DNA from: Dendrobates tinctorius
Lineage: Eukaryota
Length of the DNA: 64,000 nt
Reading direction: 5' to 3'
NCBI RefSeq assembly: GCF_039654945.1
Contig: NW_027361882.1
Span: 1,736,001 to 1,800,000, forward strand
Part shown: piece by piece, positions 39,348 to 53,900 of the stretch
Layout of the letters: every line of letters begins with the position of its first letter
How positions within the stretch are numbered: position 1 is the stretch's first letter
Translations under genes and position numbers: made by a program
The notes under the pieces: generated by a model
The model's input: only the letters and a program-made list of their open reading frames with translations
Database searches by the model: none
Told to the model about the DNA's origin: nothing

Positions 39348-41222
39348 ACACTGGCACTATTGTCCCAGTGGCTACCTCTTTTATCACTTTGTCATTTTTA
39401 TAAATACTTTATTGACCAAGTGGTTGCCAAATATTCTGGTTAACCACAACTATTGTGCAACACCATTGACTAGAGGGGCCACCAAAAGCTTTTATGCTTG
39501 TGATATTTTTGTGTAGCAATATTGACCCAAGGGCCACCGAATGTAAAGTCATAGTTCACTCCAACTCATCTGTTACACCAAAATATTAATCTGTAGGCCA
39601 TAATCTAGTCCAAGCCTACTCTTGAAGCCATGATCACTTCTGTTCATGATTGTCATATGGCCACACGACATCGACAGGCAACTGCTCCTCCAGACTTTCC
39701 CAAAGTCATGCATTCATTCTCAGTGAGAAGAGTGGAGTAAGCCAGTGCCGGACACCTCTGTTGAAGGCTTATCTCAGATCAGTACTAAATGATCTAGTAT
39801 GTTAAAATTCACCATGTCCCGTACTTATTCCCCCAATATTTGCTATTATGGAAGTCCGGAAGCCCCGGTAGACCTCATTTGGTTGACCGGTGTAATGCCA
39901 CTTGAGTTTTTTTTTCTGAATGGTAGATGTTGGAGGAACACTTCGAAGACCCAATAGACTGTTGGTGACTCTACTGACTAAAGTCTAGTTTCTTTATCCA
40001 ATTTATTAGAGTCTTTTTAGGATTTATTATTTGATTGGGGTTGACCAGGAATGGAACTTTAAGCTCCAGGGACCCAGAAGCGAAATGCGTAATGGGCTTC
40101 CGCAACTTCCTTTTTAACAGGTGACTTCTCATGTGGTTGAGAAGCCTTTGGGTTTCCACTGGCACCAGGGCATTTATGATCTGTGTACCTTTAATCACTG
40201 ATCCGAATGACACTTTAAAGAATTTCCATTGATTAGACCGCCACTTATCCTTTGAATGATTATTCCCATCTGAAGCTTTTATGGTAATCGCTGGATATAT
40301 GTCATCGAGTCCGGTGGTGCCAACGTTCTTAGAGAGGTGGTCACTGATGCACGGCTCTCTCCAATAGTTTCTACGAGAGTTCTAGAATGTATCAACTAGG
40401 TTTTATATAAAGAAAAGAAGTTGAGAAAATTCCCTTTACTTTCATTGTTGAGAAAGGAAGTTTCCGAACATTATGTCAGCGTCGTGTCTCGCAGCCAATG
40501 TTCGGAAGCTCAATTTTTTAGAGAAGAGCGATGATTAAACCTGATTTCCTTGGGCAGATGTGACTCCGACTTGCCTCATTCTTTAATTTAAAAACACTTT
40601 ATGTTTTATAAGGAAAACCCATTTTAGCTAATGCAAGACTGGTTCTCATAATAATTATCTCCATTTTTGAATGGCGCAGTGATATATTTTTGATTAGATT
40701 GTCAGTCTAGGCTCCGGATTCCACAGCCCAGAGTCTTGAGGGTGCAGAGTACGTAATACGGCGGATTAATGAATGGCCAAAATTGAAAGCCGGGCGTTCA
40801 TGTGGAAAGTGATTAGGGCGAAATTAGATGAAATTACTTCATGTATTTTTTACCTCTTCCATCATTAGAAATTATTTTGCAATTAGCGCCAGGTTCTCGA
40901 ATGCCTCCAGACCTGCGAGGTCTAATCTAACTGACGGGAAATGAAGTTTAGATCATGTAGAACTCTGTTAGAAATGATATTCTGGTGACTGCATCTTATA
41001 GGGGTTGTCCACCTTTCTCAGGTCTTCTGGAGATAAGATGCTTGTTCTGAGGCGTGAAGAAAAAAAGTGCACAGTGTCCTGTTAAAATGATTAGGTCATG
41101 GACTGACTTCAGTAGGCACTTCGAGGCCTGTTAGAGGATGAATCTGTAAATCCTAAAACATTTGGTTGATATAAAGCCAAGAAAAGTGCAAACGTCTTCT
41201 CATTGGGCTTTTGGGTTAGGTT

Positions 41223-42843
41223 AATGATAATAATAATAATTTTATTTCTATAGCGCTGACATATTCCGCAGCACTTTGCATTTCAGAGGGGATTTGTTCA
41301 GACAATAGACATTACAGCATAACAATAATCACATAGATCATAACAAATACCAAGAGGAATGAGGGCCCTGCTCGCAAGCTTACAGTCTATGAGGAAAGAG
41401 GTAGACACGGAAGGTGGATGGGAACAGTTGCTCTCATTGTTTGGACCATCCCTAGTGTAAGAATCTGGTGTTCCTGTTGCTGCATGAACCAGTTAACAGT
41501 CTAAGTATGTAACAGTACAGACACAGAGGGCTATTAAATGCAAAAATCATGTGAGAACATGATGCGAGGAACCTGGTTATGGTAAGTGATTTTGAATGAG
41601 CCACACAGGGATATTTAATTTAAAGGGAATCTATCACCCCTTTTCTGAGATATCATATAATGATATCATTCTATTGTGTGTCACATAAGGATTCTCTTAG
41701 TATTTTTGCTTCCCTCTGACTCCGCACCTTTCATGCACAAATACCTTTTTTATATCGGTTCAGATGTATGTAAACTGCCGCAGTCTGGTCCGCTGGGCGG
41801 GGCTTATTCAACTGCTCCCTCCCCCCCTGTCTTCCTCTACGCATTTCTTCTTGTGTAGAGCGAGACAGGGAGGGGGGGAGCAGGTGAATAAGCCCCACCC
41901 AGCGGACCGGACAGTGGCAGTTTACATACATCTGAACCGATATAAAAAAGGTATTTGTGCATGAAAGGTGCGGAGTCAGAGGGAAGCAAAAATACTAAGA
42001 GAATCCTTATGTGACACACAATTGAATGATATCATTATATGATATCTCAAAAAAGGGATGACAGATTCCCTTTAATGTGTTGAGGCGGTAGGCCAGTCTG
42101 AACAATATGCTTTTAGGGCTCACTTAAAACTGTGGGGATTGGGGATTGTGCATTCCAAAGAATTGGCGCAGCACGCGAAAAGTCTCGGAGAAGGGAGTGG
42201 GAGGTTCTGATTATTGAGGATGCTAACCTCAGGTCATCAGCAGAACGGAGGGCGCGGGTAGGGTGTTAGTCAGAGACGAGGGAGGAGATGTAGGGTGGTG
42301 CTGAGCCATGAAGAGCTTTGTGGGTGAGGGTAATAAGTTTATACTGAATTCTGGAGTGGATGGGTAGCCAGTGTAATGACTGGCACAAGGTAGAGGCATC
42401 GGTGTAACGATTGGTGAGGAATATGATCCTGGCTGCAGCATTCAGGACAGATTGGAGGGGGGAGAGTTTGGTAAGAGGGAGACCGATTAGAAGAGAGTTA
42501 CAATAGTCGAGACGAGAATGAATAAGAGAAACAGTAAGAGTTTTTGCAGAGTCGAAAGTAAGAAAGGGTCGAATTCTAGAAATGTTTTTGAGGTGCAGAT
42601 GACAAGAGCGAGCCAGTGATCGAATGTGGGGGGCAAAGGAAAGCTCGGAATCAAGTATGACCCCAAGACAGCGGGCATGTTGCTGGGGAGTAATAGTGGA
42701 ACCACACACAGAAATGGCAATGTCGGGTATAGGTGCATTAGTAGCGGGAGGAAACACAAGGAGTTCAGTTTTTCACAAGTTCAGTTTCAGATATAGTGAG
42801 GACATGATGTTAGAGACAGCGGTAAGACAATCACTGGTGTTTT
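41223..42843 (-). mobile_element. L2-clade LINE, 5'-truncated, interrupted by a MITE
   Basis: Minus-strand ORF2 C-terminus (ARCLGVILDSELSF..HI...SRLDYCNSLLIGLP...LHWLPIHSRIQYK). 3' end GCTGCGGAATATGTCAGCGCTATAGAAATAAA plus (ATT)n tail. Confidence 0.92.
41624..42071. mobile_element. T2/Kolobok-type MITE, near-perfect 448-bp palindrome
   Basis: TTAA|AGGGAATCTATCA...TGACAGATTCCCT|TTAA. Arms of ~210 bp are almost exact reverse complements. Confidence 0.92.
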
Positions 42844-42977
42844 GCCCAAAACCTAATGGCTACCAAAATAGTCGAAGAAATGATGGAGAGATTCTGTCTT
42901 TCAATTATATGATGACTCCAGTAGACACCATTGTTCTACTCTTCTAGAACGTGTATAGTAGTCAACCATGGAGCCAG

Positions 42978-43683
42978 TGTAGGGAAGGTGACCTGACGGA
43001 CGGACTGACTGGTCATATTTCAGAAAGGAAAACTGCTAGGAAAGTGTAGGTGACGTGCAGTACCTTGGGTTGACCACTAGATGGCAGGGAGGAGTGTAAG
43101 TTCAGGACTTGACAGCAGCTTAGGGCTTTAGAAACCGTTGGTTATGGGGGGCGGAATCACAGGGAAGCGGGAAAGCTATAAATTTGACAGGAGGATTCCA
43201 GAAAGTTCCAGTCCCCTGGGGGAGCTCAAGTGACGAGGAGACTGTGACAGTTGGTGCACTGTGAGGAGAACCTAACCAGGGGACTGAGGAGAAAGGAAGT
43301 CAGGGGGTGGTCCTGACATAAAGTACCGCAGTATAGACGAGGCTGCGGGCGAAGGATATTGTATAGGGAACGACGTTTGACCAGTAAAATTACTGTTGGT
43401 GTTCAGGCCTAAGGCAGCCACAGTGACGGAGCTGTCAGAGCGTCACTAAGTGCGAAGAGACGGTGCGTACATATACGTCCCAGGTGAAAACTACGATACG
43501 ACGATGTGTTCTGTAACCGGAGAGCCTTGAAGAGAATTGTGGTGTGCTGTGAGGCCGTCGTAGGGCCGGCGAGAGAATAAACTTGGACCTGTTGCACCCG
43601 AAACTTGCCTCCATCTTATGTCTGTACGTCACTGTGCGGTATACAGAGGGACCACCCCCCCAGCCCGGTCCACCGACCCTACA
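42978..43683 (+). mobile_element. Solo LTR
   Basis: TGTAGGG...CCCTACA termini, flanks CCAG / CCAT, TATAAA at ~43177, AATAAA at ~43576. Confidence 0.7.
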
Positions 43684-43810
43684 CCATCACCAGGATACTT
43701 TCACTACTGGCTCACTCAGCAGTTCTATAATAATTGTGATTTATGTACTCTTTTATGTTAGTGATGTGCAAACTCTTTGAGAATAACATCCGTAATCATT
43801 TATAAAAGTA

Positions 43811-46800
43811 CTAGCTGAAGAGCCCGGCGCTGCCCGGGCATAGTAACTAACTGTGGTTAGTCATAGCAAATTATAATTATCCTCCATCCCATAGTCCAGT
43901 GCCCATATACCCATCACACATCCTCCATCTCATAGTCCCATGCCCATATACCCATCATACACATCCTCCATCCCATAGTCCCATGCCCATATACCCATCA
44001 TACACATCCTCCATCCCATAGTCCCATGCCCATATACCCGTCATACATATCCTCCATCCCATAGTCCCGTGCCCATATACCCATCATACACATCCTCCAT
44101 CCCATAGTCCCATGCCCATATACCCGTCATACACATCCTCCATCCCATAGTCCCGTGCCCATATACCCATCATACATATCCTCCATCCCATAGTCCCATG
44201 CCCATATACCCATCATACACATCCTCCGTCCCATGCCCATATACCCGTCATACATATCCTCCATCCCATAGTCCCGTGCCCATATACCCATCACACATCC
44301 TCCTTCCCATAGTCCCGTGCCCATATACCCATCACACATCCTCCATCCCATAGTCCCGTGCCCATATACCCATCATACATATCCTCCATCCCATAGTCCC
44401 GTGCCCATATACCCATCATGCACATCCTCCATCCCATAGTCCCATGCCCATATACCCATCATACATATCCTCCATCCCATAGTCCTGTGCCCATATACCC
44501 ATCACACATCCTCCATCCCATAGTCCCATGCCCATATACCCATCATACACATCCTCCATCCCATAGTCCCGTGCCCATATACCCATCATACATATCCTCC
44601 ATCCCATAGTCCCATGCCCATATACCCATCATACATATCCTCCATCCCATAGTCCCGTGCCCATATACCCATCACACATCCTCCATCCCATAGTCCCGTG
44701 CCCATATACACATCATACATATCCTCCATCCCATAGTCCCGTGCCCATATACCCATCATACACATCCTCCATCCCATAGTCCCGTGCCCATATACCCATC
44801 ATACACATCCGCCATCCCATAGTCCCATGCCCATATACCCATCATACACATCCTCCATCCCATAGTCCCATGCCCATATACCCATCATACATATCCTCCA
44901 TCCCATAGTCCTGTGCCCATATACCCATCACACATCCTCCTTCCCATAGTCCCGTGCCCATATACCCGTCATACATATCCTCCATCCCATAGTCCCGTGC
45001 CCATATACCCATCACACATCCTCCTTCCCATAGTCCCGTGCCCATATACCCATCACACATCCTCCATCCCATAGTCCCGTGCCCATATACCCATCATACA
45101 TATCCTCCATCCCATAGTCCCGTGCCCATATACCCATCATGCACATCCTCCATCCCATAGTCCCATGCCCATATACCCATCATACATATCCTCCATCCCA
45201 TAGTCCTGTGCCCATATACCCATCACACATCCTCCATCCCATAGTCCCATGCCCATATACCCATCATACACATCCTCCATCCCATAGTCCCGTGCCCATA
45301 TACCCATCATACATATCCTCCATCCCATAGTCCCATGCCCATATACCCATCATACATATCCTCCATCCCATAGTCCCGTGCCCATATACCCATCACACAT
45401 CCTCCATCCCATAGTCCCGTGCCCATATACACATCATACATATCCTCCATCCCATAGTCCCGTGCCCATATACCCATCATACACATCCTCCATCCCATAG
45501 TCCCGTGCCCATATACCCATCATACACATCCGCCATCCCATAGTCCCATGCCCATATACCCATCATACACATCCTCCATCCCATAGTCCCGTGCCCATAT
45601 ACACATCATACATATCCGCATCCCATAGTCCCGTGCCCATATACCCATCATACACATCCTCCATCCCATAGTCCCGTGCCCATATACCCATTACACATCC
45701 TCCATCCCATAGTCCCGTGCCCATATACCCATCACACATCCTCCATCCCATAGTCCCGTGCCCATATACCCATCATACATATCCTCCATCCCATAGTCCT
45801 GTGCCCATATACCCATCATACATATCCTCCATCCCATAGTCCCGTGCCCATATACCCATCATACACATCCTCCATCCCATAGTCCCGTGCCCATATACAC
45901 ATCATACATATCCGCCATCCCATAGTCCCATGCCCATATACCCATCACACATCCTCCATCCCATAGTCCCGTGCCCATATACACATCATACATATCCGCC
46001 ATCCCATAGTCCCGTGCCCATATACCCATCACACATCCTCCATCCCATAGTCCCGTGCCCATATACACATCATACATATCCTCCATCCCATAGTCCAGTG
46101 CCCATATACACATCATACATATCCGCCATCCCATAGTCCCATGCCCATATACCCATCATACATATCCGCCATCCCATAGTCCCATGCCCATATACCCATC
46201 ACACATCCTCCATCCCATAGTCCCGTGCCCATATACACATCATACATATCCGCCATCCCATAGTCCCATGCCCATATACCCATCATACACATCCTCCATC
46301 CCATAGTCCCGTGCCCATATACCCATCACACATCCTCCATCCCATAGTCCCATGCCCATATACCCATCATACACATCCTCCATCCCATAGTCCCGTGCCC
46401 ATATACCCATCACATATCCTCCATCCCATAGTCCCCTGCCCATATACACATCATACATATCCTCCATCCCATAGTCCCCTGCCCATATACACATCATACA
46501 TATCCTCCATCCCATAGTCCTGTGCCCATATACCCATCATACACATCCTCCATCCCATAGTCCTGTGCCCATATACCCATCATACATATCCTCCATCCCA
46601 TAGTCCCATGCCCATATACCCATCATACATATCCTCCATCCCATAGTCCTGTGCCCATATACCCATCACACATCCTCCATCCCATAGTCCCATGCCCATA
46701 TACCCATCATACACATCCTCCATCCCATAGTCCCGTGCCCATATACCCATCATACATATCCTCCATCCCATAGTCCCATGCCCATATACCCATCATACAT

Positions 46801-48800
46801 ATCCTCCATCCCATAGTCCCGTGCCCATATACCCATCACACATCCTCCATCCCATAGTCCCGTGCCCATATACACATCATACATATCCTCCATCCCATAG
46901 TCCCGTGCCCATATACCCATCATACACATCCGCCATCCCATAGTCCCGTGCCCATATACACATCATACATATCCGCATCCCATAGTCCCGTGCCCATATA
47001 CCCATCATACACATCCTCCATCCCATAGTCCCGTGCCCATATACCCATTACACATCCTCCATCCCATAGTCCCGTGCCCATATACCCATTACACATCCTC
47101 CATCCCATAGTCCCATGCCCATATACCCATCATACATATCCTCCATCCCATAGTCCCGTGCCCATATACCCATCACACATCCTCCATCCCATAGTCCCGT
47201 GCCCATATACACATCATACATATCCTCCATCCCATAGTCCCATGCCCATATACCCATCATACACATCCTCCATCCCATAGTCCCGTGCCCATATACACAT
47301 CATACATATCCGCATCCCATAGTCCCGTGCCCATATACCCATCATACACATCCTCCATCCCATAGTCCCGTGCCCATATACCCATTACACATCCTCCATC
47401 CCATAGTCCCGTGCCCATATACACCTCATACATATCCTCCATCCCATAGTCCTGTGCCCATATACACCTCATACATATCCTCCATCCCATAGTCCTGTGC
47501 CCATATACCCATCATACATATCCTCCATCCCATAGTCTCGTGCCCATATACCCATCACACATCCTCCATCCCATAGTCTCGTGCCCATATACCCATCACA
47601 CATCCTCCATCCCATAGTCTCGTGCCCATATACCCATCACACATCCTCCATCCCATAGTCCCGTGCCCATATACCCATTACACATCCTCCATCCCATAGT
47701 CCCGTGCCCATATACACCTCATACATATCCTCCATCCCATAGTCCTGTGCCCATATACCCATCATACATATCCTCCATCCCATAGTCCCGTGCCCATATA
47801 CCCATCACACATCCTCCATCCCATAGTCTCGTGCCCATATACCCATCACACATCCTCCATCCCATAGTCCCGTGCCCATATACCCATCACACATCCTCCA
47901 TCCCATAGTCCTGTGCCCATATACCCATCACACATCCTCCATCCCATAGTCCCGTGCCCATATACCCATCACACATCCTCCATCCCATAGTCCTGTGCCC
48001 ATATACCCATCACACATCCTCCATCCCATAGTCCCGTGCCCATATACCCATCACACATCCTCCATCCCATAGTCCCGTGCCCATATACCCATCATACATA
48101 TTCTCCATCCCATAGTCCCGTGCCCATATACCCATCACACATCCTCCATCCCATAGTCTCGTGCCCATATACCCATCACACATCCTCCATCCCATAGTCC
48201 CGTGCCCATATACCCATCACACATCCTCCATCCCATAGTCCTGTGCCCATATACCCATCACACATCCTCCATCCCATAGTCCCGTGCCCATATACCCATC
48301 ATACATCCTCCATCCCATAGTCCCGTGCCCATATACCCATCATACATATTCGCCATCCCATAGTCTCATGCCCATATACCCATCATACATATCCTCCATC
48401 CCATAGTCCCGTGCCCATATACCCATCACACATCCTCCATCCCATAGTCCCGTGCCCATATACCCATTATGACATCATCATCACCATGGCAACTGTTATG
48501 ACATAACCGTCACAATTGCAACCTATGATGAACCAGCGTCGCCATGATAACAATTGTGACATCATAATGAGGGGCGGGGCTTGATGCACACACACTTTTT
48601 CCCCATTATGTAGATAGGGGCAAAATTGTTTGGTGAATTGGAACGCGCGGGGTTAAAATTTCGCCTCACAACATAGCCTAGGACACTCTCGGGGTCCAGA
48701 CATGTGACTGTGCCAAATTTTGTGGCTGTAGCTGCGACGGTGCGGATGCCAATCCCGGACATACATACATACATACACACACTTGAGCTTTATATATTAG
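43811..48800 (-). mobile_element. Non-autonomous Helitron-like element with a 4.6-kb internal minisatellite
   Basis: Minus-strand 3' end has hairpin GCCCGGGCAGCGCCGGGC (43822-43839) then CTAG|T. Minus-strand 5' end is CTAATATATAAAGCTCAAG followed by (GTAT)n; the first T of the canonical TC is not present. Confidence 0.78.
43880..48468. repeat. 41/43-bp minisatellite (~108 units)
   Basis: Unit ATCCCATAGTCCCGTGCCCATATACCCATC(AT)ACACATCCTCC. Higher-order duplication with a 721-bp offset (identical ORFs at 44416/45137 and 44586/45307). Confidence 0.96.
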
Positions 48801-49725
48801 CTTCTCAAGTTATTAAATTGTTTTATTTGATTAGACCGCATGAAATTAAGCAAGTTTGTAACTGACTTGTCTTTTCTGTCTGCTTTCATTCTTTTGCAAT
48901 GAGAGCTTTGATCTTACATAGAGTACAGCTCGTTTTCATGGAGCTCGGCCACCAAACCCTGATCCGAGAGTGTGTAGTAGTTCCATTCCAGGAGAGCGGT
49001 TAACTTTTAATTTCCCAGCCACCCCTCCATCAGCCCCTTGATTTTGATGCATCTGTTATCTGCTCTCTTTCCTCTTCTATCTCAGCTCCTGATGATCTGC
49101 TGTTATCAATCCTGTATAATCACAATCATCAGAATCTTATATCATGGCTCTCACTGTCCCCAGCTGTGCGCTTGTACAAATGCCCTGTTATCTCCTTATG
49201 TAAATACAGTGATGACGAGTGTTCTCTCCAGGACAAGTCACCGATATCTGAGTGTATTACAGCACAAGTTGTGCTGAGCTTTAGTACTACAGCGCAGCTG
49301 CTCATCAGATCTGTCACTCAGGGAGGAGTTCCTGCCCTGCCAGAAAGCAGAAAGTGAGGAGACCTTAAGGAGACTGCAGAGTTGTGAGACAATGTGAGAA
49401 GACCCCTTTAAGCCATTTCAGCACCATGGAGAGCTCGGAAGCTTCTGAAGCATCAGTCTTCATCTCTTCTTGCATTTTGTGCGCCCAGCCTCTCATGATA
49501 CCCCATATTATATATGTAGTCTATAACCCGGAGCGCTCTGGTGAATCGTTGTTCTGCTTTCTCAGACAACAGTCGTTACATTTTAGAATACAATCGATCG
49601 GACAATATATTTTCTATATTACACAAGATACTTTTCTGTTTTGCTTTATTTTTGGTTGTTTGTCTCCTCAGCTTCTGTGTTAGAAATAGATTTTCTATTA
49701 TTAGTTTTTCTGCAATAGTTTAGGA

Positions 49726-50445
49726 TTAAAAAGATCCCGTCACCAAGTCAGAAGCGACCAGATTTTCCGCTTTATTTACTCCCTCTATTGCTTTTTCTTT
49801 CTTAAAAAAAAAAAAAAAATACGCCATATGATTCTGGAGATATGGGTTCTTTTTATTTAGTGCTAGTTTTTATGCTATTTACTGAGGGTGTGTGGCTCAC
49901 AGGCTCCTCTGGGGCGTGGCTCACAGGCTCCTCTGGGGCGTGGCTCACAGGCTCCTCTGGGGCGTGGCTCACAGGCTCCTCTGGGGCGTGGCTCACAGGC
50001 TCCTCTGGGGCGTGGCTCACAGGCTCCTCTGGGGATTGACTCACTAGCTCCTCTGGGGCGTGGCTCACTGGCTCCTCTGGGGCATGGCTCACAGACTCCT
50101 GGGGCGTGGATCACAGGCTCCTCTGGGGCTTGGCTCACAAGCTCTTCTGGGGCGTGCATCACAGGCTCCTCTGGTGCTTGGCTCACTAGCTCCTCTGGGG
50201 CATGGCTCACAGGCCCCTCTGGGGCTTGGCTCACAGGGTTCTCTGAGGCTTGGCTCACAGGCTCCTCTGGGGCATGGCTCACAGGCTCCTGTGGGGTGTG
50301 TCTTTATCTCGCTCTGGATTATTACCCTGTGAGCTACACCACCTGTTAGCACTAAATAAAAAGGTCCACATCTCTGGGACAATATAGTGAATTACTCAGG
50401 GAAGTAACAAAGTGAGAACAAAACTGTCTATTTTTGGTCTGGTAA
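49726..50445. mobile_element. Degenerate T2/Kolobok-like MITE with an internal 24-bp minisatellite
   Basis: TTAA-AAAGATCCCGTCACC left end. Subterminal inverted pair GGAGATATGGGTTCTTTTTATTTAGTGCTA / TAGCACTAAATAAAAAGGTCCACATCTCT. Right end uncertain. Confidence 0.55.
49890..50295. repeat. 24-bp minisatellite (~17 units)
   Basis: Unit GCGTGGCTCACAGGCTCCTCTGGG. Confidence 0.93.
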
Positions 50446-50935
50446 GTGACTTATAAAAAAATAACCCCCAAATATATTTTAATTTCTTGTGATTGATCCC
50501 AAATTGTAGAGTAGGGTTGCTCAGTTAAGGGGCTGCATAGGCATTTTTTAGGGTTGTATGTAGCCCCCTGATTGAATTTGTACATCACCCTCAACCATTG
50601 GGGTCAGATTTTTCCATAACATTCAAAAAGAACCAAATGGTGGTCTTCGCCCCATCCTCGGTCTTGAAGACCTCTGTTTCATTTCTTTGATGACCATTAC
50701 TACAGGTTAGTGCTCCAGGTGTTTGTCCGGGTTTGTCATCCACTTCCGAGGCTAGAGACTCTTATTACGGGGTAACGAGGCGCCTCCCATCCTCTGCAGG
50801 CAGTATACACTGTGCCCATTGAGAAGCAGCTCTGTGCCAGCAGCAGATGCTGGGTGAGAGACTCTGGACTGAGGTCTAATGGGGAATGTTTCTCCTTGTG
50901 GAGAGTGGTTAGCCAAGCCTGGCATGTCAGAGTGA

Positions 50936-53900
50936 GTGGATCCTGTGTTATCTACTGTATATAGAGGAGCTATCAGTCATTGTACAGGAGGAGGAGGAGG
51001 TGAGCTGTGAAATCACCTATTGTGGATGGTGGATCCTGTTATATACTGTATATAGAGGTGTTATCAGTCATTGTACAGGAGGAGGAGGTGAGCTGTGACA
51101 TCACCTATTGTGAGTGGTGGATCCTGTGTTATCTACTATATATAGAGATGTTATCAGTCATTGTACAGGGGGGGAGGAGGTGAGCTGTGACATCACCTAT
51201 TGTGAGTGGTGGATCCTGTGTAATCTACTGTATATAGAGGTGTTATCAGTCATTGTACAGGAGGAGGAGGTTAGCGGTGACATCACCTATTGTGAATGGT
51301 GGATCCTGTGTGATCTACTGTATATAGAGGTGTTATCAGTCATCTTACAGGAGGGGGAGGAGGTGAGCTGTGACATCACCTATTGTGAATGGTGGATCCT
51401 GTGTTATCTACTGTATACAGAGATGTTACCAGTCATTGTGCAAGAGGGAGAGGAGGTGAGCTGTGACATCACCTATTTAGAATGGTGGATCCTGTGTTAT
51501 CTACTGTATATAGAGGTGTTATCAGTCATCTTACAGGAGGGGGAGGAGGTGAGCTGTGACATCACCTATTATGAATGGTGGATCCTGTGTTATCTACTGT
51601 ATATAGAGGTGTTACCAGTCATTGTAGAGGAGGAGGTGAGCTGTGACATCACCTATTGGGAATGGTGGATCCCGTGTTATCTACTGTATATAGAGGTGTT
51701 ATCAGTCATTGTACAGGAGGGGGAGGAGGTGAGCTGTGACATCACCTATTGGGAATGGTGGATCCCGTGTTATCTACTGTATATAGAGGTGTTATCAGTC
51801 ATTGTACAGGCAGAGGAGGTGAGCTGTGACATCACCTATTGTGAATGGTGGATCCTGTGTGATCTACTGTATATAGAGGTGTTATCAGTCATTGTACAGG
51901 TGGAGGTGAGCTGTGATATCACCTATTGGGAATGGTGGATCCCGTGTTATCTACTGTATATAGAGGTGTTATCAGTCATTGTACAGGAGGGGGAGGAGGT
52001 GAGCTGTGACATCACCTATTGGGAATGGTGGTTCCTGTGTTATCTACTGTATATAGAGGTGTTATCAGTCATTGTACAGGAGGAGGAGGAGGTGAGCGGT
52101 GACATCACCTATTGTGAATGGTGGATCCTGTGTTATCTACTGTATACAGAGGTGTTACCAGTCATTGTACAGGAGGGGGAGGAGGTGAGCTGTGACATCA
52201 CCTATTGGGAATGGTGGATCCCGTGTTATCTACTGTATATAGAGGTGTTATCAGTCATTGTACAGGAGGAGGTGAGCTGTGACATCACCTATTGGGAATG
52301 GTGGATCCTGTGTTATCTACTGTATATAGAGGTGTTATCAGTTATTGTACAGGAGGAGGAGGAGGTGAGCGGTGACATCACCTATTGTGGAAGGTGGATC
52401 CTGTTATCTACTGTATATAGTGGTGTTATCAGTCATTGTACAGGAGGGGGAGGAGGTGAGCTGTGACATCACCTATTGTGAATGGTGGATCCTGTGTTAT
52501 CTACTGTATACAGAGGTGTTACCAGTCATTGTACAGGAGGTGGAGGAGGTGAGCTGTGACATCACCTATTGTGAATGGTGGATCCTGTGTTATCAACTGT
52601 ATACAGAGGTGTTATCAGTCATTGTACAGGAGGAGGAGGTTAGCGGTGGCATCACCTATTGGGAATGGTAGATCCTGTGTTATCTACTGTATATAGAGGT
52701 GTTATCAGTCATTGTACAGGAGGAGGAGGAGGTGAGCTGTGACATCACCTATTGGGAATGGTGGATCCTGTGTTATCTACTGTATATAGAGGTGTTATCA
52801 GTCATTGTACAGGAGGAGGATGTGAGCTGTGACATCACCTATTGTGAGTGGTGGATCCTGTGTTATCTATTATATATAGAGATGTTATCAGTCATTGTAC
52901 AGGAGGAGGAGGTGAGGTGTGACATCACCTATTGTGAGTGGTGGATCCTGTGTAATCTACTGTATATAGAGGTGTTATCAGTCATTGTACAGGAGGAGGA
53001 GGTTAGCGGTGACATCACCTATTGTAAATGGTGGATCCTGTGTGATCTAATGTATATAGAGGTGTTATCAGTCATTGTACAGGAGGAGGAGGTGAGCGGT
53101 GACATCACCTATTGAGAATGGTGGATCCTGTGTGATCTAATGTATATAGAGGTGTTATCAGTCATTGTACAGGAGGAGGAGGTGAGCGGTGACATCACCT
53201 ATTGAGAATGGTGGATCCTGTGTGATCTACTGTATATAGAGGTGTTATCAGACTTCTTACAGGAGGGGGAGGAGGTGAGCTGTGACATCACCTATTGTGA
53301 ATGGTGGATCCTGTGTTATCTACTGTATACAGAGATGTTACCAGTCATTGTACAGGAGGGAGAGGAGGTGAGCTGTGACATCACCTATTGAGAATGGTGG
53401 ATCCTGTGTTATCTACTGTATATAGAGGTGTTATCAGTCATCTTACAGGAGGGGGAGGAGGTGAGCTGTGACATCACCTATTGTGAATGGTGGATCCTGT
53501 GTTATCTACTGTATATAGAGGTGTTACCAGTCATTGTAGAGGAGGAGGAGGAGGTGAGCTGTGACATCACCTATTGGGAATGGTGGATCCCGTGTTATCT
53601 ACTTTATATAGAGGTGTTACCAGTCATTGTACAGGGGGGGAGGAGGTGAGCTGTGACATCACCTATTGGGAATGGTGGATCCCGTGTTATCTACTGTATA
53701 TAGAGGTGTTATCAGTCATTGTACAGGAGGGGGAGGAGGTGAGCTGTGACATCACCTATTGGGAATGGTGGATCCCGTGTTATCTACTGTATATAGAGGT
53801 GTTATCAGTCATTGTACAGGCAGAGGAGGTGAGCTGTGACATCACCTATTGTGAATGGTGGATCCTGTGTGATCTACTGTATATAGAGGTGTTATCAGTC

